NCBI GenBank assembly: GCA_963803145.1 | Contig: CAWDLW010000012.1 | Location: 160,001 to 224,000 of the forward strand | Source of the DNA: Methanotrichaceae archaeon | GTDB lineage: Archaea > Halobacteriota > Methanosarcinia > Methanotrichales > Methanotrichaceae | Direction: 5' to 3' | DNA: 64,000 bases | Shown here: piece after piece, positions 1 through 9,401 of the stretch | Layout: the number at the start of each line of letters is the position of its first letter | Numbering within the stretch: the first letter of the stretch is position 1 | The notes under the pieces: model-generated | What the model was told of the DNA's origin: nothing | The model's input: only the letters and a program-made list of their open reading frames with translations | Databases searched by the model: none | Program-made: the position numbers and the translations under genes

Positions 1-2
1 CA

Positions 3-77
3 TCCAAGCTGTTAATAGGCAGCGTCGTGCAAAAAGTTCTTTACTGGGCAACGATACCAGTACTTGTAGTGAGATGA
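3..77 (+). CDS. Universal stress protein (UspA family), 3' end only
   Basis: Manual translation SKLLIGSVVQKVLYWATIPVLVVR* matches the Usp C-terminal motif LLGSVxxxVLxxxxxPVLVV; truncated by window start. Confidence 0.75.
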   Translation, partial: SKLLIGSVVQKVLYWATIPVLVVR

Positions 78-81
78 TTCT

Positions 82-195
82 ATGAGTGAGGCATTCCTAA
101 TAGCAGATACGCTGGTTTACACTGGGTTTGCAATTGTATTCATAGTGGGCGTACTTCTGGCATACTTCGTGATCAGCCTAATCGGCGCAAGCTGA
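82..195 (+). CDS. Small single-pass membrane protein (37 aa)
   Basis: ATG 4 nt after the Usp stop; MSEAFLIADTLVYTGFAIVFIVGVLLAYFVISLIGAS*, one hydrophobic helix; below ORF-track cutoff. Confidence 0.55.
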   Translation: MSEAFLIADTLVYTGFAIVFIVGVLLAYFVISLIGAS

Positions 196-359
196 GACGG
201 CTTTAAAAGAGAGCAGCCAGATTGGTTGCAGCTCTTTTATATTTATAGATTCTCTTAGTACTGGTTATATATCTTTTTTAATATTATTTGTATATCCATG
301 ATTACATTTATGGGGTCTTGATTCGGAAGATGAATTGAATAGGTACCAATGCTGATAGT

Positions 360-1371
360 TTAGGGCAGTGTTAAGAGAAATTTTCCTTCCTTCATAATAA
401 CCTCCTCCTCAACAGTAATTGTAGGATTCCTTACAAGCAAATCGGTATGATATCTGCTACTCGTCTTCCCCAAACCATACGAGTCTCCAAACGCAAAATG
501 GACAGTGCCTTCTGCCTTTTCATCCATAAGCATATCTCCGATAATTCGGGCGCTAGGATTGAGGCCTATCCCGAACTCCCCCAAGGTTCTTGTCGCAGGA
601 GCATCGTATTCACATACCTTAGAGAATTGCTGGAAGATTTCATCTTCAACTTCGACGGGCTCCATTCCAGTGATATAGCCATCCTTCACGTGAATGATGA
701 AGGGATTTGCTACCAGTCCAATTCCGCCTATGCTGCCATCGATTACGATCTTCCCTTCAACTGTTTCTTCAATTGGCGCTGTGAAGATCTCGCCTGCCGG
801 AATGTTGCCGAATGATCCTGGCTTAGATAGGTCTCCGTCGTCTATCATTATCTTCCGGCTTCCTATGCTGAAGGATATGTCAGTTCCCAAAAGACTGGTT
901 ATTCGGATATGGCGTCCTGAGATAGCTCGCAACAACTTCTCTTCTCTTTGCCTTAGCTTATCGTAATCGATAGATACCGCTTCTTTCATGTCATCCGTGA
1001 AGCCGGGCATAATACATACTCGGCCTTTTATACTGCAATGGAATGGAGAGAAGAAAGTGCCTGAAAGCCACTTCATGAGAAAGATCCTTTGTTCTGCTCT
1101 CTGTAGCTATAACGTAGATGACAATATCTGAGGAGACCAGAGCCAAAGCCTGAATATCTGTGATCTTTGTTATCGGCCTAATGCTCTCTGGAATAACAAA
1201 AACAGTGACGTCAGCTCCCGACCGCGCAAGGCACCCTGCCAGCTCGTCTGCAATAGCCAACCGAGATATATCCGTGAATATAGTTGCCTCTTCTCCTGAC
1301 TTGGTTTTTAAGCTATATTCGACAATAGCTCTAGCGTAGTTAATTGGCGGGTTCGTTCCTAAAACCTTCAT
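360..1371 (-). pseudogene. Aminopeptidase (M29 thermophilic metallopeptidase-like), frameshifted
   Basis: ORFs 991-1371 and 360-1076 join (..IPLQYK/GRVCIMPGF..) if one T is removed from the T4 run at 1026-1029; motifs NIPAGEIF, GEFGIGLNP, DEKAEGTVHFAFG, HTD. Confidence 0.75.
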
Positions 1372-2426
1372 TATTGTGTTTTGAAGTATTTCGGCGCCGT
1401 CTCCAGAGCCCTTGCCATAAGCTCAGCAGATTTATCGATATCGCTCAGGCTCAAAACTTCGACCGGCGAATGGATGTACCTTGTCGCCACGCTCAGGACA
1501 CCTGTGGGAATTCCCTCTTTGGTCAGGTAAATGGCAGTTGCATCTGTTGTCCCTCCGTCCGATGCCTCAAGCTGGACTTGGATATTGAACTCTTTTGCAG
1601 TATCCACAAGCCAATCCACAATGCTTGGGGTGGCCAGTAATCCTCTTCCAGATGCATCAGCTATTACTATTACAGGGCCCTTTCCCATCTCTATTGGAGC
1701 ATCCTTCTTATCGATTCCAGGATGATCGCCGGGTATGGTCACATCAGTCGCAATGGCCAAATCGGGATTCAGACAATATGTGCAAACTTTTGCTCCCTTA
1801 AGGCCGACCTCCTCCTGGACTGTGGCAACCGCATATATCGTTGATTTGCTCTTAGTTCTCTTTACGGCCTCAATCATTGCCACGATGCCGGCACGATTAT
1901 CGAATGCCTTTCCTGTGACTCTATCGCCTTGCAGAGACGTGAAAGTTCTATCGATTGATATGGGTGTGCCGGGTGCAATTCCCAGGTCTTCAGCCTCCTT
2001 CTGGCTCTGGCATCCGATATCGATGAACATATCCTTGGCCTCAATGAGCTTCTTCCTTTCATCCTCCTTCATAACATGTGGCGGCTTTGAGCCTACGACG
2101 CCGAAAATGGGGCCAGATCTGGTGTGGACAATTACCCTCTGGTTGAGAAGAGTTGGATCATACCATCCGCCAATGTGGATAAAGCGCAGAAAACCTTTCT
2201 CATCAACCTGTTTGACCATTAGGCCGATTTCATCCGCATGTGCAGCAATCATTATTGAGGGTTTTTCACCCTTCTTCGTTGCTATGACATTCCCCAAAGC
2301 ATCTACTCTGACATCATCTACATAAGGTCTGATTTCATCCATCACTATCTTCTGGACATTTCCTTCTCGCCCAGATATGCCGTGGGCGTTGCTAAGTTTC
2401 TCAAGCAAAGATCGTATATCGCTCAT
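1371..2426 (-). CDS. M42 family (TET-type) metallo-aminopeptidase
   Basis: AAHADEIG, KAFDNRAG, VQEEVGLKGA, GGTTDA, RYIHSP motifs; start MSDIRS follows a GAGGTGA RBS. Confidence 0.92.
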   Translation of the reverse strand: MSDIRSLLEKLSNAHGISGREGNVQKIVMDEIRPYVDDVRVDALGNVIATKKGEKPSIMIAAHADEIGLMVKQVDEKGFLRFIHIGGWYDPTLLNQRVIVHTRSGPIFGVVGSKPPHVMKEDERKKLIEAKDMFIDIGCQSQKEAEDLGIAPGTPISIDRTFTSLQGDRVTGKAFDNRAGIVAMIEAVKRTKSKSTIYAVATVQEEVGLKGAKVCTYCLNPDLAIATDVTIPGDHPGIDKKDAPIEMGKGPVIVIADASGRGLLATPSIVDWLVDTAKEFNIQVQLEASDGGTTDATAIYLTKEGIPTGVLSVATRYIHSPVEVLSLSDIDKSAELMARALETAPKYFKTQ

Positions 2427-2457
2427 AAAATCACCTCTAAAGTATAAACAAGAGACA

Positions 2458-3987
2458 TCATGCAATTCTAACCCGTGCGCCCTCGTTCCTGGATCTAGTG
2501 GTCAGAACCTCTCCACCTACATCACTCATAGCATCTCGTGCCGCTGCCTCTATATCTCTAACTCGAGAATCGGCAACTGCATATACCGTCGGCCCAAAGG
2601 AGCTAAGGCCTGAGCAGGCTGCACCGGCATTTCTCATATCAGCCATAAGCCCGCGAACGATAGGGTGCTGCAGCATTACCTCAACCTTCTTGAACCCAAG
2701 CTCTTGAACTCTGTTTACGGCTTTGCCGAACTCATCAAGATCCTTTTCAACCAGGGAGGGCGCCATCCTCACGAGGATCTGATAGCAGAGCTCGTGGACA
2801 TCGGACAGCGGAACAGGGCAGTAATCCCTGAATATGTCTATCTCCCTCTGGCCATGAGCGCCCTTGGGCAGGTTCGGTATGGCTAGCATTACCTGCCAAT
2901 CCTCAGGAAACTCGTGGCGCACTATCACTGGAGGCGGGCTCACGCCAATGGAGGCAGATGATGGCCTGAAATCAGTCTTGTCCTTTCCCGGTCCGAATGT
3001 ATGGCCTCCATCGATTATGAATCCGCCCACATCAAAGGCTGCAGTGCCTATGCCGCTTGTCCCGCCGCGATGGATTATCCTTGCAATCTCGCGTGCGTTC
3101 GCATGGCAGTCATAAAGCTCGCAAACAGCCTTTGCTGCTGCGATGCCAAGCTGTGTCCCTCCGCCAAGGCCCACGTGCAGCTTGTATCCGTTCCTGATTG
3201 AGATATGTGCGCCTCCAAGGCCGAAATGCTTCATGACGGCTTGTGCAGCAATTTTAGCGCGCTCTGCACTCTCATTTTCGCCAACGACCGTCAGCTCCCT
3301 GGTTCTCCTGGCCTCTAATACTATGTTCGGCTCGTTCAGAGTGATGCCGATTCCACCATCAACGCGGCCGCAGCTGCCTGTCAGATCCGTCAGAGTCAGG
3401 TGGATCCTCGAAGGCGTCTCTATCACTACCTTTCGCTCATCCAGGAAGCTGTTATAAGGAAACATTTCCTTTATCACAATCAACGGCTCTCCATGTCTGA
3501 AGATCTTGTAGCTCCTTGAAAGCATCGGCTCTTTGGGAAATATATTAAATATTCGGCTCATTTCCCTGTCAGCCTGCAACACTTCCGCGCCTGTTATGTC
3601 GCGTCTGGACTCTATCTGGTGCTTCTTCAGTATGATGCCGATTGGTATGTCTGCTTTTGTGAGGTCGTCCCTGAAGTCATGCTCGAGCCTCTTCATGGGA
3701 GTATGCGAAATTGCATAGATTAGAGCTTCTCCCGTATCCTCCCTATTCAGCTTCACAATCCTGTAATTGATCTCCTCTCCAGGGCTAATCTTCAGCTCAG
3801 CCGCAACAGCATTATCTGCGGGCACAACCTGCTGAACCAATGTTTCAATTCCGATTTTGCTTCCGGTTATGATCTCTAATAGACTGGTAACTGAGCCGTC
3901 CGTTCCCAAAAGCATCTTCTGAACAGGACTAAGCCTGCCTACAAGGCTCTCAAGCTCTGAGATCCTACTTGAAATGGGAAGAGGCAT
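2458..3987 (-). CDS. mptG: Fusion of chorismate lyase-like (UbiC/DUF98) domain and beta-ribofuranosylaminobenzene 5'-phosphate synthase (methanopterin pathway)
   Basis: N-domain LLGTDGSVTSLLE..ADIPIG..RSYKI; C-domain GHMP-like TPSRIHLTL, GRVDGGIG, HVGLGGGTQL, RGGTSGIG, GGFIIDGGH, GLSSFGPT. Confidence 0.88.
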   Translation of the reverse strand: MPLPISSRISELESLVGRLSPVQKMLLGTDGSVTSLLEIITGSKIGIETLVQQVVPADNAVAAELKISPGEEINYRIVKLNREDTGEALIYAISHTPMKRLEHDFRDDLTKADIPIGIILKKHQIESRRDITGAEVLQADREMSRIFNIFPKEPMLSRSYKIFRHGEPLIVIKEMFPYNSFLDERKVVIETPSRIHLTLTDLTGSCGRVDGGIGITLNEPNIVLEARRTRELTVVGENESAERAKIAAQAVMKHFGLGGAHISIRNGYKLHVGLGGGTQLGIAAAKAVCELYDCHANAREIARIIHRGGTSGIGTAAFDVGGFIIDGGHTFGPGKDKTDFRPSSASIGVSPPPVIVRHEFPEDWQVMLAIPNLPKGAHGQREIDIFRDYCPVPLSDVHELCYQILVRMAPSLVEKDLDEFGKAVNRVQELGFKKVEVMLQHPIVRGLMADMRNAGAACSGLSSFGPTVYAVADSRVRDIEAAARDAMSDVGGEVLTTRSRNEGARVRIA

Positions 3988-4081
3988 AAAAAATAAAGAT
4001 ATTGCCTGGAATAAAGTTTTTCCCTTACCAGAACTTTTGTAGTCCTAAGTATGTCAGTAAATATTACGAGGTATGAGATAG

Positions 4082-5338
4082 GTGACATCCAGAATTTCAG
4101 GATTATATAAGCTTCCTCCGGCTGAAAGGCTCAAATCTGTGGCAGAGCAGGCGGGTCTGAGTCAGGAAGACGTATCCCAGATAGAAAATGGACTGAAACT
4201 TGATCAAGCCAACATGATGGTAGAAAATGTCATAGGCATGTTCCAGGTTCCGCTCGGCATAGCTACTAACTTCCTTATAGACGGCAGGGATGTTTTGGTG
4301 CCAATGGCGACCGAAGAGCCTTCAGTTATCGCCGCAGCAAGCAATGGCGCAAGGATGGCACGTGGCGGCGGAGGATTCATGACCAGCAGCACAGGTCCTA
4401 TAATGCGTGCCCAGATCCAGGCCACTCACATCGCCGATCCTAGTGGCGCAAAGCAGGAGATCCTTCTTCATAAGGATGAGCTCATTAAGCTCGCAAATGA
4501 CAAGGACCCAATGCTTGTAAAGTTCGGTGGTGGTGTCAAGGATATCGAGGTCCACATAATCGAATCCAGAGTTGGGCTAATGGTCGTAACTCATCTTATT
4601 GTTGATTGTAGGGACGCAATGGGCGCAAATGCCGTTAACACTATGGCAGAGGCAATAGCACCTAAAATTGAAGAGATAACCGGCGGACGGGTTTATCTGA
4701 GAATAATCTCAAACCTTGCTGATAAGAGGCTCGCAAGGGCAAAGGCTGTTTTCAAGGCCGAAGGAATTGGCGGGGCAGAGATCGTTGATGCGATTATCCA
4801 GGCGGCAGCTCTCGCTGAGGTCGATCCATACAGGGCAGCAACCCATAATAAAGGTATAATGAATGGAGTTACAGCAGTTGTTATGGCTACCGGTAACGAT
4901 ACCAGAGCAGTTGAATCCGGAGCCCATGCTTACGCTTCAGCCAACGGGCGTTATAAATCTCTTACCAGATTTGAGAAAAATAAGGATGGCGATCTCGTGG
5001 GCACGATTGAGCTTCCCATGGCTGTCGGACTTGTCGGCGGTGCTACACGCACTCATCCTGTAGCTAAATCTGCGGTGAAAATCTTAGGTGTTAAGTCTGC
5101 AGATGATCTCTCAAGGATAATAGCATCTGTCGGCCTTGCCCAGAACTTTGCAGCTCTTCGGGCGCTCGCATCTGAAGGCATCCAGAGAGGCCATATGACA
5201 CTTCATGCAAAGAACATTGCTATCCAAGCAGGTGCCGCTTGCGACCTTATCGAGGTCATAGCAGCAAGGATGGCAGCTGAGCGCCGGGTAAGCGTCGATC
5301 GGGCGCTCGAGCTGATCAAAGAGCTGGAGAAGAAATGA
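4082..5338 (+). CDS. mvaA: Hydroxymethylglutaryl-CoA reductase, class II (bacterial type)
   Basis: ENVIG, PMATEEPSVIAAAS, DAMGANAVNT, RAATHNKG, GIQRGHMTLH motifs. Confidence 0.93.
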   Translation: MTSRISGLYKLPPAERLKSVAEQAGLSQEDVSQIENGLKLDQANMMVENVIGMFQVPLGIATNFLIDGRDVLVPMATEEPSVIAAASNGARMARGGGGFMTSSTGPIMRAQIQATHIADPSGAKQEILLHKDELIKLANDKDPMLVKFGGGVKDIEVHIIESRVGLMVVTHLIVDCRDAMGANAVNTMAEAIAPKIEEITGGRVYLRIISNLADKRLARAKAVFKAEGIGGAEIVDAIIQAAALAEVDPYRAATHNKGIMNGVTAVVMATGNDTRAVESGAHAYASANGRYKSLTRFEKNKDGDLVGTIELPMAVGLVGGATRTHPVAKSAVKILGVKSADDLSRIIASVGLAQNFAALRALASEGIQRGHMTLHAKNIAIQAGAACDLIEVIAARMAAERRVSVDRALELIKELEKK

Positions 5339-6135
5339 AGATAGGAGTTCTGGGTCCTGAGGGGTCCTACTCAGATAAGGCAGCGCGTCTTTGGCTGCCT
5401 GAGGCCGATCTTGCCTACTACAGCGACTTCGAGGATGTTCTCAAAGCCGTAGAGGCAGGAGATGTAGACGTGGGAATCGTTCCGCTAGAGAACAGCCTTG
5501 AAGGAGCGATCGGACTGACCATGGATCTTCTTCTTCGAATGCCTTTGAGCATCAGGGGAGAGGTTAACCTGCCAATAAGGCACTGCCTTGTAGGCAGAGG
5601 GGAGGGCGAGGTGAAGGTAATAATCTCGCACCCTCAGCCCCTGGCGCAATGCCGACAGTATATCAAACTGCATTATCCTAAGGCTGAGGTCAGGAGCACA
5701 GGCTCCACAAGCCATGCAGCACGTCTCGCCCAGGAGTTCCCAGAAATGGCAGCCATAGCAGGTGCTGGCGCCGCTGAGAGATATAATCTTAAGATCTTGG
5801 CAAAGGATATCCAGGATGGGAGCGAGAACGTTACCCGATTCGCCGTAGTTGGCAAAGAGATGGAGCCTGCGACAGGAAGGGATAAAACTTCCCTTGCAAT
5901 TTATCTTGATCGCGATAGACCCGGTGCGCTTTATTCCATTCTCCAGGAGTTTGCCATAAGGGATATTAACCTAACAAGAATAGAATCACGGCCAAGCAGG
6001 CGCGGCCTTGGAGACTATTACTTTTACATAGATCTAGAGGGGCATATAAGCGACCCTATAATCGAAGAGGCTCTGGCTATAATAAAAGATAAGGCTGCGA
6101 TGATCAGGGTCCTGGGGTCCTACCCCAGGGCATAA
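5335..6135 (+). CDS. pheA: Prephenate dehydratase with ACT domain
   Basis: LGPEGSYS, PLENSLEG, SHPQPLAQC, NVTRF, NLTRIESRP; ATGA overlap with the upstream gene. Confidence 0.95.
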   Translation: MKIGVLGPEGSYSDKAARLWLPEADLAYYSDFEDVLKAVEAGDVDVGIVPLENSLEGAIGLTMDLLLRMPLSIRGEVNLPIRHCLVGRGEGEVKVIISHPQPLAQCRQYIKLHYPKAEVRSTGSTSHAARLAQEFPEMAAIAGAGAAERYNLKILAKDIQDGSENVTRFAVVGKEMEPATGRDKTSLAIYLDRDRPGALYSILQEFAIRDINLTRIESRPSRRGLGDYYFYIDLEGHISDPIIEEALAIIKDKAAMIRVLGSYPRA

Positions 6136-6140
6136 GTATC

Positions 6141-7031
6141 ATGAATTGGCTTTTCTTCGCCCTGTTGAGCACAGCATCTCTTGCTGTAACTGTCATAATA
6201 GACAAGCTTCTGCTCAATCGCTATGTTCGGAACTCTATAGCCTACCTTATCACATTGATAATAATACAGCAGTTCTTCGCTGCACTGATCCTTATCTTCC
6301 ACGGTGCAAGCTACGATTATCCCACATCCATATACGGAATGCTTGCGGGCACTGCCCAGGCTGCTATGTACGTGGCTTATATCCGTGCGCTGAAAATAGA
6401 AGAGGCATCCAGGGTTACATCTCTCATATTCGTTTATCCTTTGTTCGTCTTCTTGGCAGCGGCAGCACTGCTCGGCGAAACATTGACTGCAAAGGATTAT
6501 GTGGGCGGTCTGATACTAGTTTTAAGCGCTCTGCTGATATCGTATAGGCCATCAGCCACTAGATCCATTGTTTTATCTCCAGCGCTAAAACATATTGTAT
6601 TTTTCTGGTTGTTTTCCACCTTATACGCAATCGGTGTAAAGTATCTTCTTACATTCATGGATGGATGGCATCTTTTCATATGGTCATCCCTGGGGACTCT
6701 GCTGGCGGTCATACCATTAATTGCAGAGCGCGAAATAAGAACAGAGGTCATGGGGTTCTTGAAGATAGGTCGTCTTTTTATCGGCGCTGCAGTTCTTGAG
6801 GAGGTGTTTGATTTTATAGGGAGGATCTCATCGATATTTGCACTTGCCCTCGGTCCTGTCGCCCTCGTATCGGCAGTCGGCGCCCTTCAGCCTGCTATAA
6901 CTTTGATCTTTGTGCTGGCTTTGGGCCTTTTCATGCCTGGGCTGCTTGAAGAGGAGATCGATAGGAGGACTCTGGCCTTAAAGCTCATTGCTGGGATATT
7001 TGTAGTAATAGGGGTTTACCTTGTGTCATGA
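6141..7031 (+). CDS. EamA/DMT family transporter
   Basis: About 10 hydrophobic helices in two repeats; LLGE motif. Confidence 0.8.
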   Translation: MNWLFFALLSTASLAVTVIIDKLLLNRYVRNSIAYLITLIIIQQFFAALILIFHGASYDYPTSIYGMLAGTAQAAMYVAYIRALKIEEASRVTSLIFVYPLFVFLAAAALLGETLTAKDYVGGLILVLSALLISYRPSATRSIVLSPALKHIVFFWLFSTLYAIGVKYLLTFMDGWHLFIWSSLGTLLAVIPLIAEREIRTEVMGFLKIGRLFIGAAVLEEVFDFIGRISSIFALALGPVALVSAVGALQPAITLIFVLALGLFMPGLLEEEIDRRTLALKLIAGIFVVIGVYLVS

Positions 7032-7159
7032 TCCCTCGAATCGTGATCTCTGTCTCTTCAACAGGGAATCTTTCTTATACTAAGCTGGCTTGAAAAAGGG
7101 TTGCCTGGCTATTGGATTTATCTATGATCTATCTATACAGGCTGGAGGGTGCAAACGCT

Positions 7160-9301
7160 ATGGATCCTTTTGAAGGCAAGTTTCCTTATATACCTGAGAG
7201 GATATCGCGCCTCAGCGAGCTGGCATGCAACCTCTGGTGGAGCTGGCATCCGGAAGCGAAGGCTCTGTTCCAGATGCTGAGCGGAAACGGTACCGAATTC
7301 AAGGCCCAGAACCCTGTGAGGCTGCTTCATGATATCGATAGATCTATTCTGGACGATGCCGCTAAAGACTCGCGGTTTTTGAGGCATTATGATGCCGTCA
7401 TTACCAGGTTCGATTCTGAGATGAACGCATATGGAAGCTGGTTCTACTCAAAGATTGCCGACCCCGAAATGAGCCCCATTGCCTACTTTTCGGCTGAATT
7501 TGGACTCCATCATTCGTTACCCTTCTATGCCGGAGGCCTCGGCTTTCTGGCAGGCGATTTTCTTAAGGAATGCAGTGATCTAGGCGTTCCTGCAGTCGGC
7601 GTCGGCTTCATGTATCCTGAAGGCTACCTGCATCAGAGGATCTCATCCGATGGTTGGCAGATGAACGAGAGTGAGACCCTCGACAGGATATATGCCCCTA
7701 TCAGCCATGTGCTGGATAGAGATGGGAGTCCGCTGACCATCAAAGTGCCAACTACTGATCTTTCCGTCTACTTCGAGGTCTGGAAGGCTCAAATAGGCAG
7801 GGTGCCTCTTTACTTGATAGATACCGATATAGAGGGAAATGATCCCTGGAACAGAGGAATATCAGCCAGGCTCTATATAGGGGACCAGGACCAGCGTCTG
7901 GTTCAGGAGATAATCCTGGGAATCGGCGGTACTCAGCTTCTACATGCTCTAGGAATAAAACACTCTATTCTTCACCTCAATGAGGGTCACTCTGCCTTTG
8001 CCATCTTTGAAAGGATCCGGGAGCTGGTGGAGAAGGGCAAGAGCTATAGGGATGCTGCTGAGCAAGTCAGATCCACAACAGTATTCACAACGCATACGCC
8101 TGTGCCTGCAGGACACGATGTCTTTCCTTTCCTTTTAATGGATAAATATTTCAGTTCTTATATACCCATGCTTGAGCTTGATAGAGATTCATTCTTCAAG
8201 CTCGGAGTCGATCCAAAGGACCCGCTTGCAGGATTTAATATGACGGCCTTTGCTCTCAGGATGTCGGCCTACTGTAATGCCGTCAGCAAAAAACACAATG
8301 AGGTTACAAGAGCGATGTGGCAGCATCTCTGGCCAAACTTGCCTGAGGAGAAGCTCCCCATTGGCTATATAACCAACGGGGTCCACGTTCCAACCTGGGT
8401 CGATTCGAGGATCTCAGCCATTTTCAACAAATACCTCGGCCCAACATGGATCGCTGATCACGATAATCCATCTATCTGGCAGCTTGTGGATGATATTCCT
8501 GATTTAGAGCTATGGCAAACCCATAGATTGCTGAAGATGGTGATGATAACAGTCCTACAGGAAAGAGCTAGGCTCAGGTGGATGGAAGACCGAGCAGACC
8601 CTAATATAATCCTGGCATCGGGTATGCTGTTCGATCCAGGAACCCTGACTATCGGCTTTGCCCGCAGATTTGCAAGCTACAAGAGGGCTACTCTTATTAT
8701 GCATGATCTGGAGAGGCTCAAGAGAATACTGAATAATCACAAAAAGCCGGTGCAAATCGTATTTGCTGGAAAAGCACATCCTGCGGATAATTATGGCAAA
8801 CAGCTGATCCAAAGCATCTTCAATATCGCCAAAGAGCCGTCCTTCGGAGGTCGAATAGCCTTTATTGAGGATTACGAAGAGGAGCTTTCCCAGTACCTGG
8901 TTCATGGCGTGGATGTCTGGCTCAATAATCCTCTGCCTCCATTCGAGGCATCAGGCACAAGCGGAATGAAGGCGGCTATCAACGGCGTGCCTCACCTGAG
9001 CATACTCGATGGCTGGTGGCTCGAGGGATATAACGGCAGAAACGGCTGGGCATTTGGCGGCACAAATGGAAACAACTCCGATGCAACAGATGCAGAAGAA
9101 CTTTATTCCATCCTAGAGAAGGATATAATACCTCTTTATTACGATAAAGATGAGCTGGGCATACCACATCCTTGGGTAAAGGTCATGAAAGAATCGATAA
9201 AGAGTGCAGCCCCTTACTTCAGCTCCAGAAGGATGGTAAAGGATTATGCGCTGAAGTTTTATCGAGATGCGCTTAAGTCCGCAGACCGAATAAAGGCATA
9301 A
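7160..9301 (+). CDS. glgP: Alpha-glucan (glycogen/maltodextrin) phosphorylase
   Basis: YFSAEFG, YAGGLGFLAGD, HLNEGH, FTTHTPVPAGHD, ARRFASYKR, EASGTSGMKA (PLP lysine); ATG 7160 after GGAGG. Confidence 0.95.
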   Translation: MDPFEGKFPYIPERISRLSELACNLWWSWHPEAKALFQMLSGNGTEFKAQNPVRLLHDIDRSILDDAAKDSRFLRHYDAVITRFDSEMNAYGSWFYSKIADPEMSPIAYFSAEFGLHHSLPFYAGGLGFLAGDFLKECSDLGVPAVGVGFMYPEGYLHQRISSDGWQMNESETLDRIYAPISHVLDRDGSPLTIKVPTTDLSVYFEVWKAQIGRVPLYLIDTDIEGNDPWNRGISARLYIGDQDQRLVQEIILGIGGTQLLHALGIKHSILHLNEGHSAFAIFERIRELVEKGKSYRDAAEQVRSTTVFTTHTPVPAGHDVFPFLLMDKYFSSYIPMLELDRDSFFKLGVDPKDPLAGFNMTAFALRMSAYCNAVSKKHNEVTRAMWQHLWPNLPEEKLPIGYITNGVHVPTWVDSRISAIFNKYLGPTWIADHDNPSIWQLVDDIPDLELWQTHRLLKMVMITVLQERARLRWMEDRADPNIILASGMLFDPGTLTIGFARRFASYKRATLIMHDLERLKRILNNHKKPVQIVFAGKAHPADNYGKQLIQSIFNIAKEPSFGGRIAFIEDYEEELSQYLVHGVDVWLNNPLPPFEASGTSGMKAAINGVPHLSILDGWWLEGYNGRNGWAFGGTNGNNSDATDAEELYSILEKDIIPLYYDKDELGIPHPWVKVMKESIKSAAPYFSSRRMVKDYALKFYRDALKSADRIKA

Positions 9302-9401
9302 GAAAGTCCACGCTAGATACGCGCGTCCCGTCGTGTTTTTGGTGAAGGCGGGAGAGGCCCTGTCTCCCTATCAATATAGCTAGCCCACCAAGCTTAAGTG
9401 C

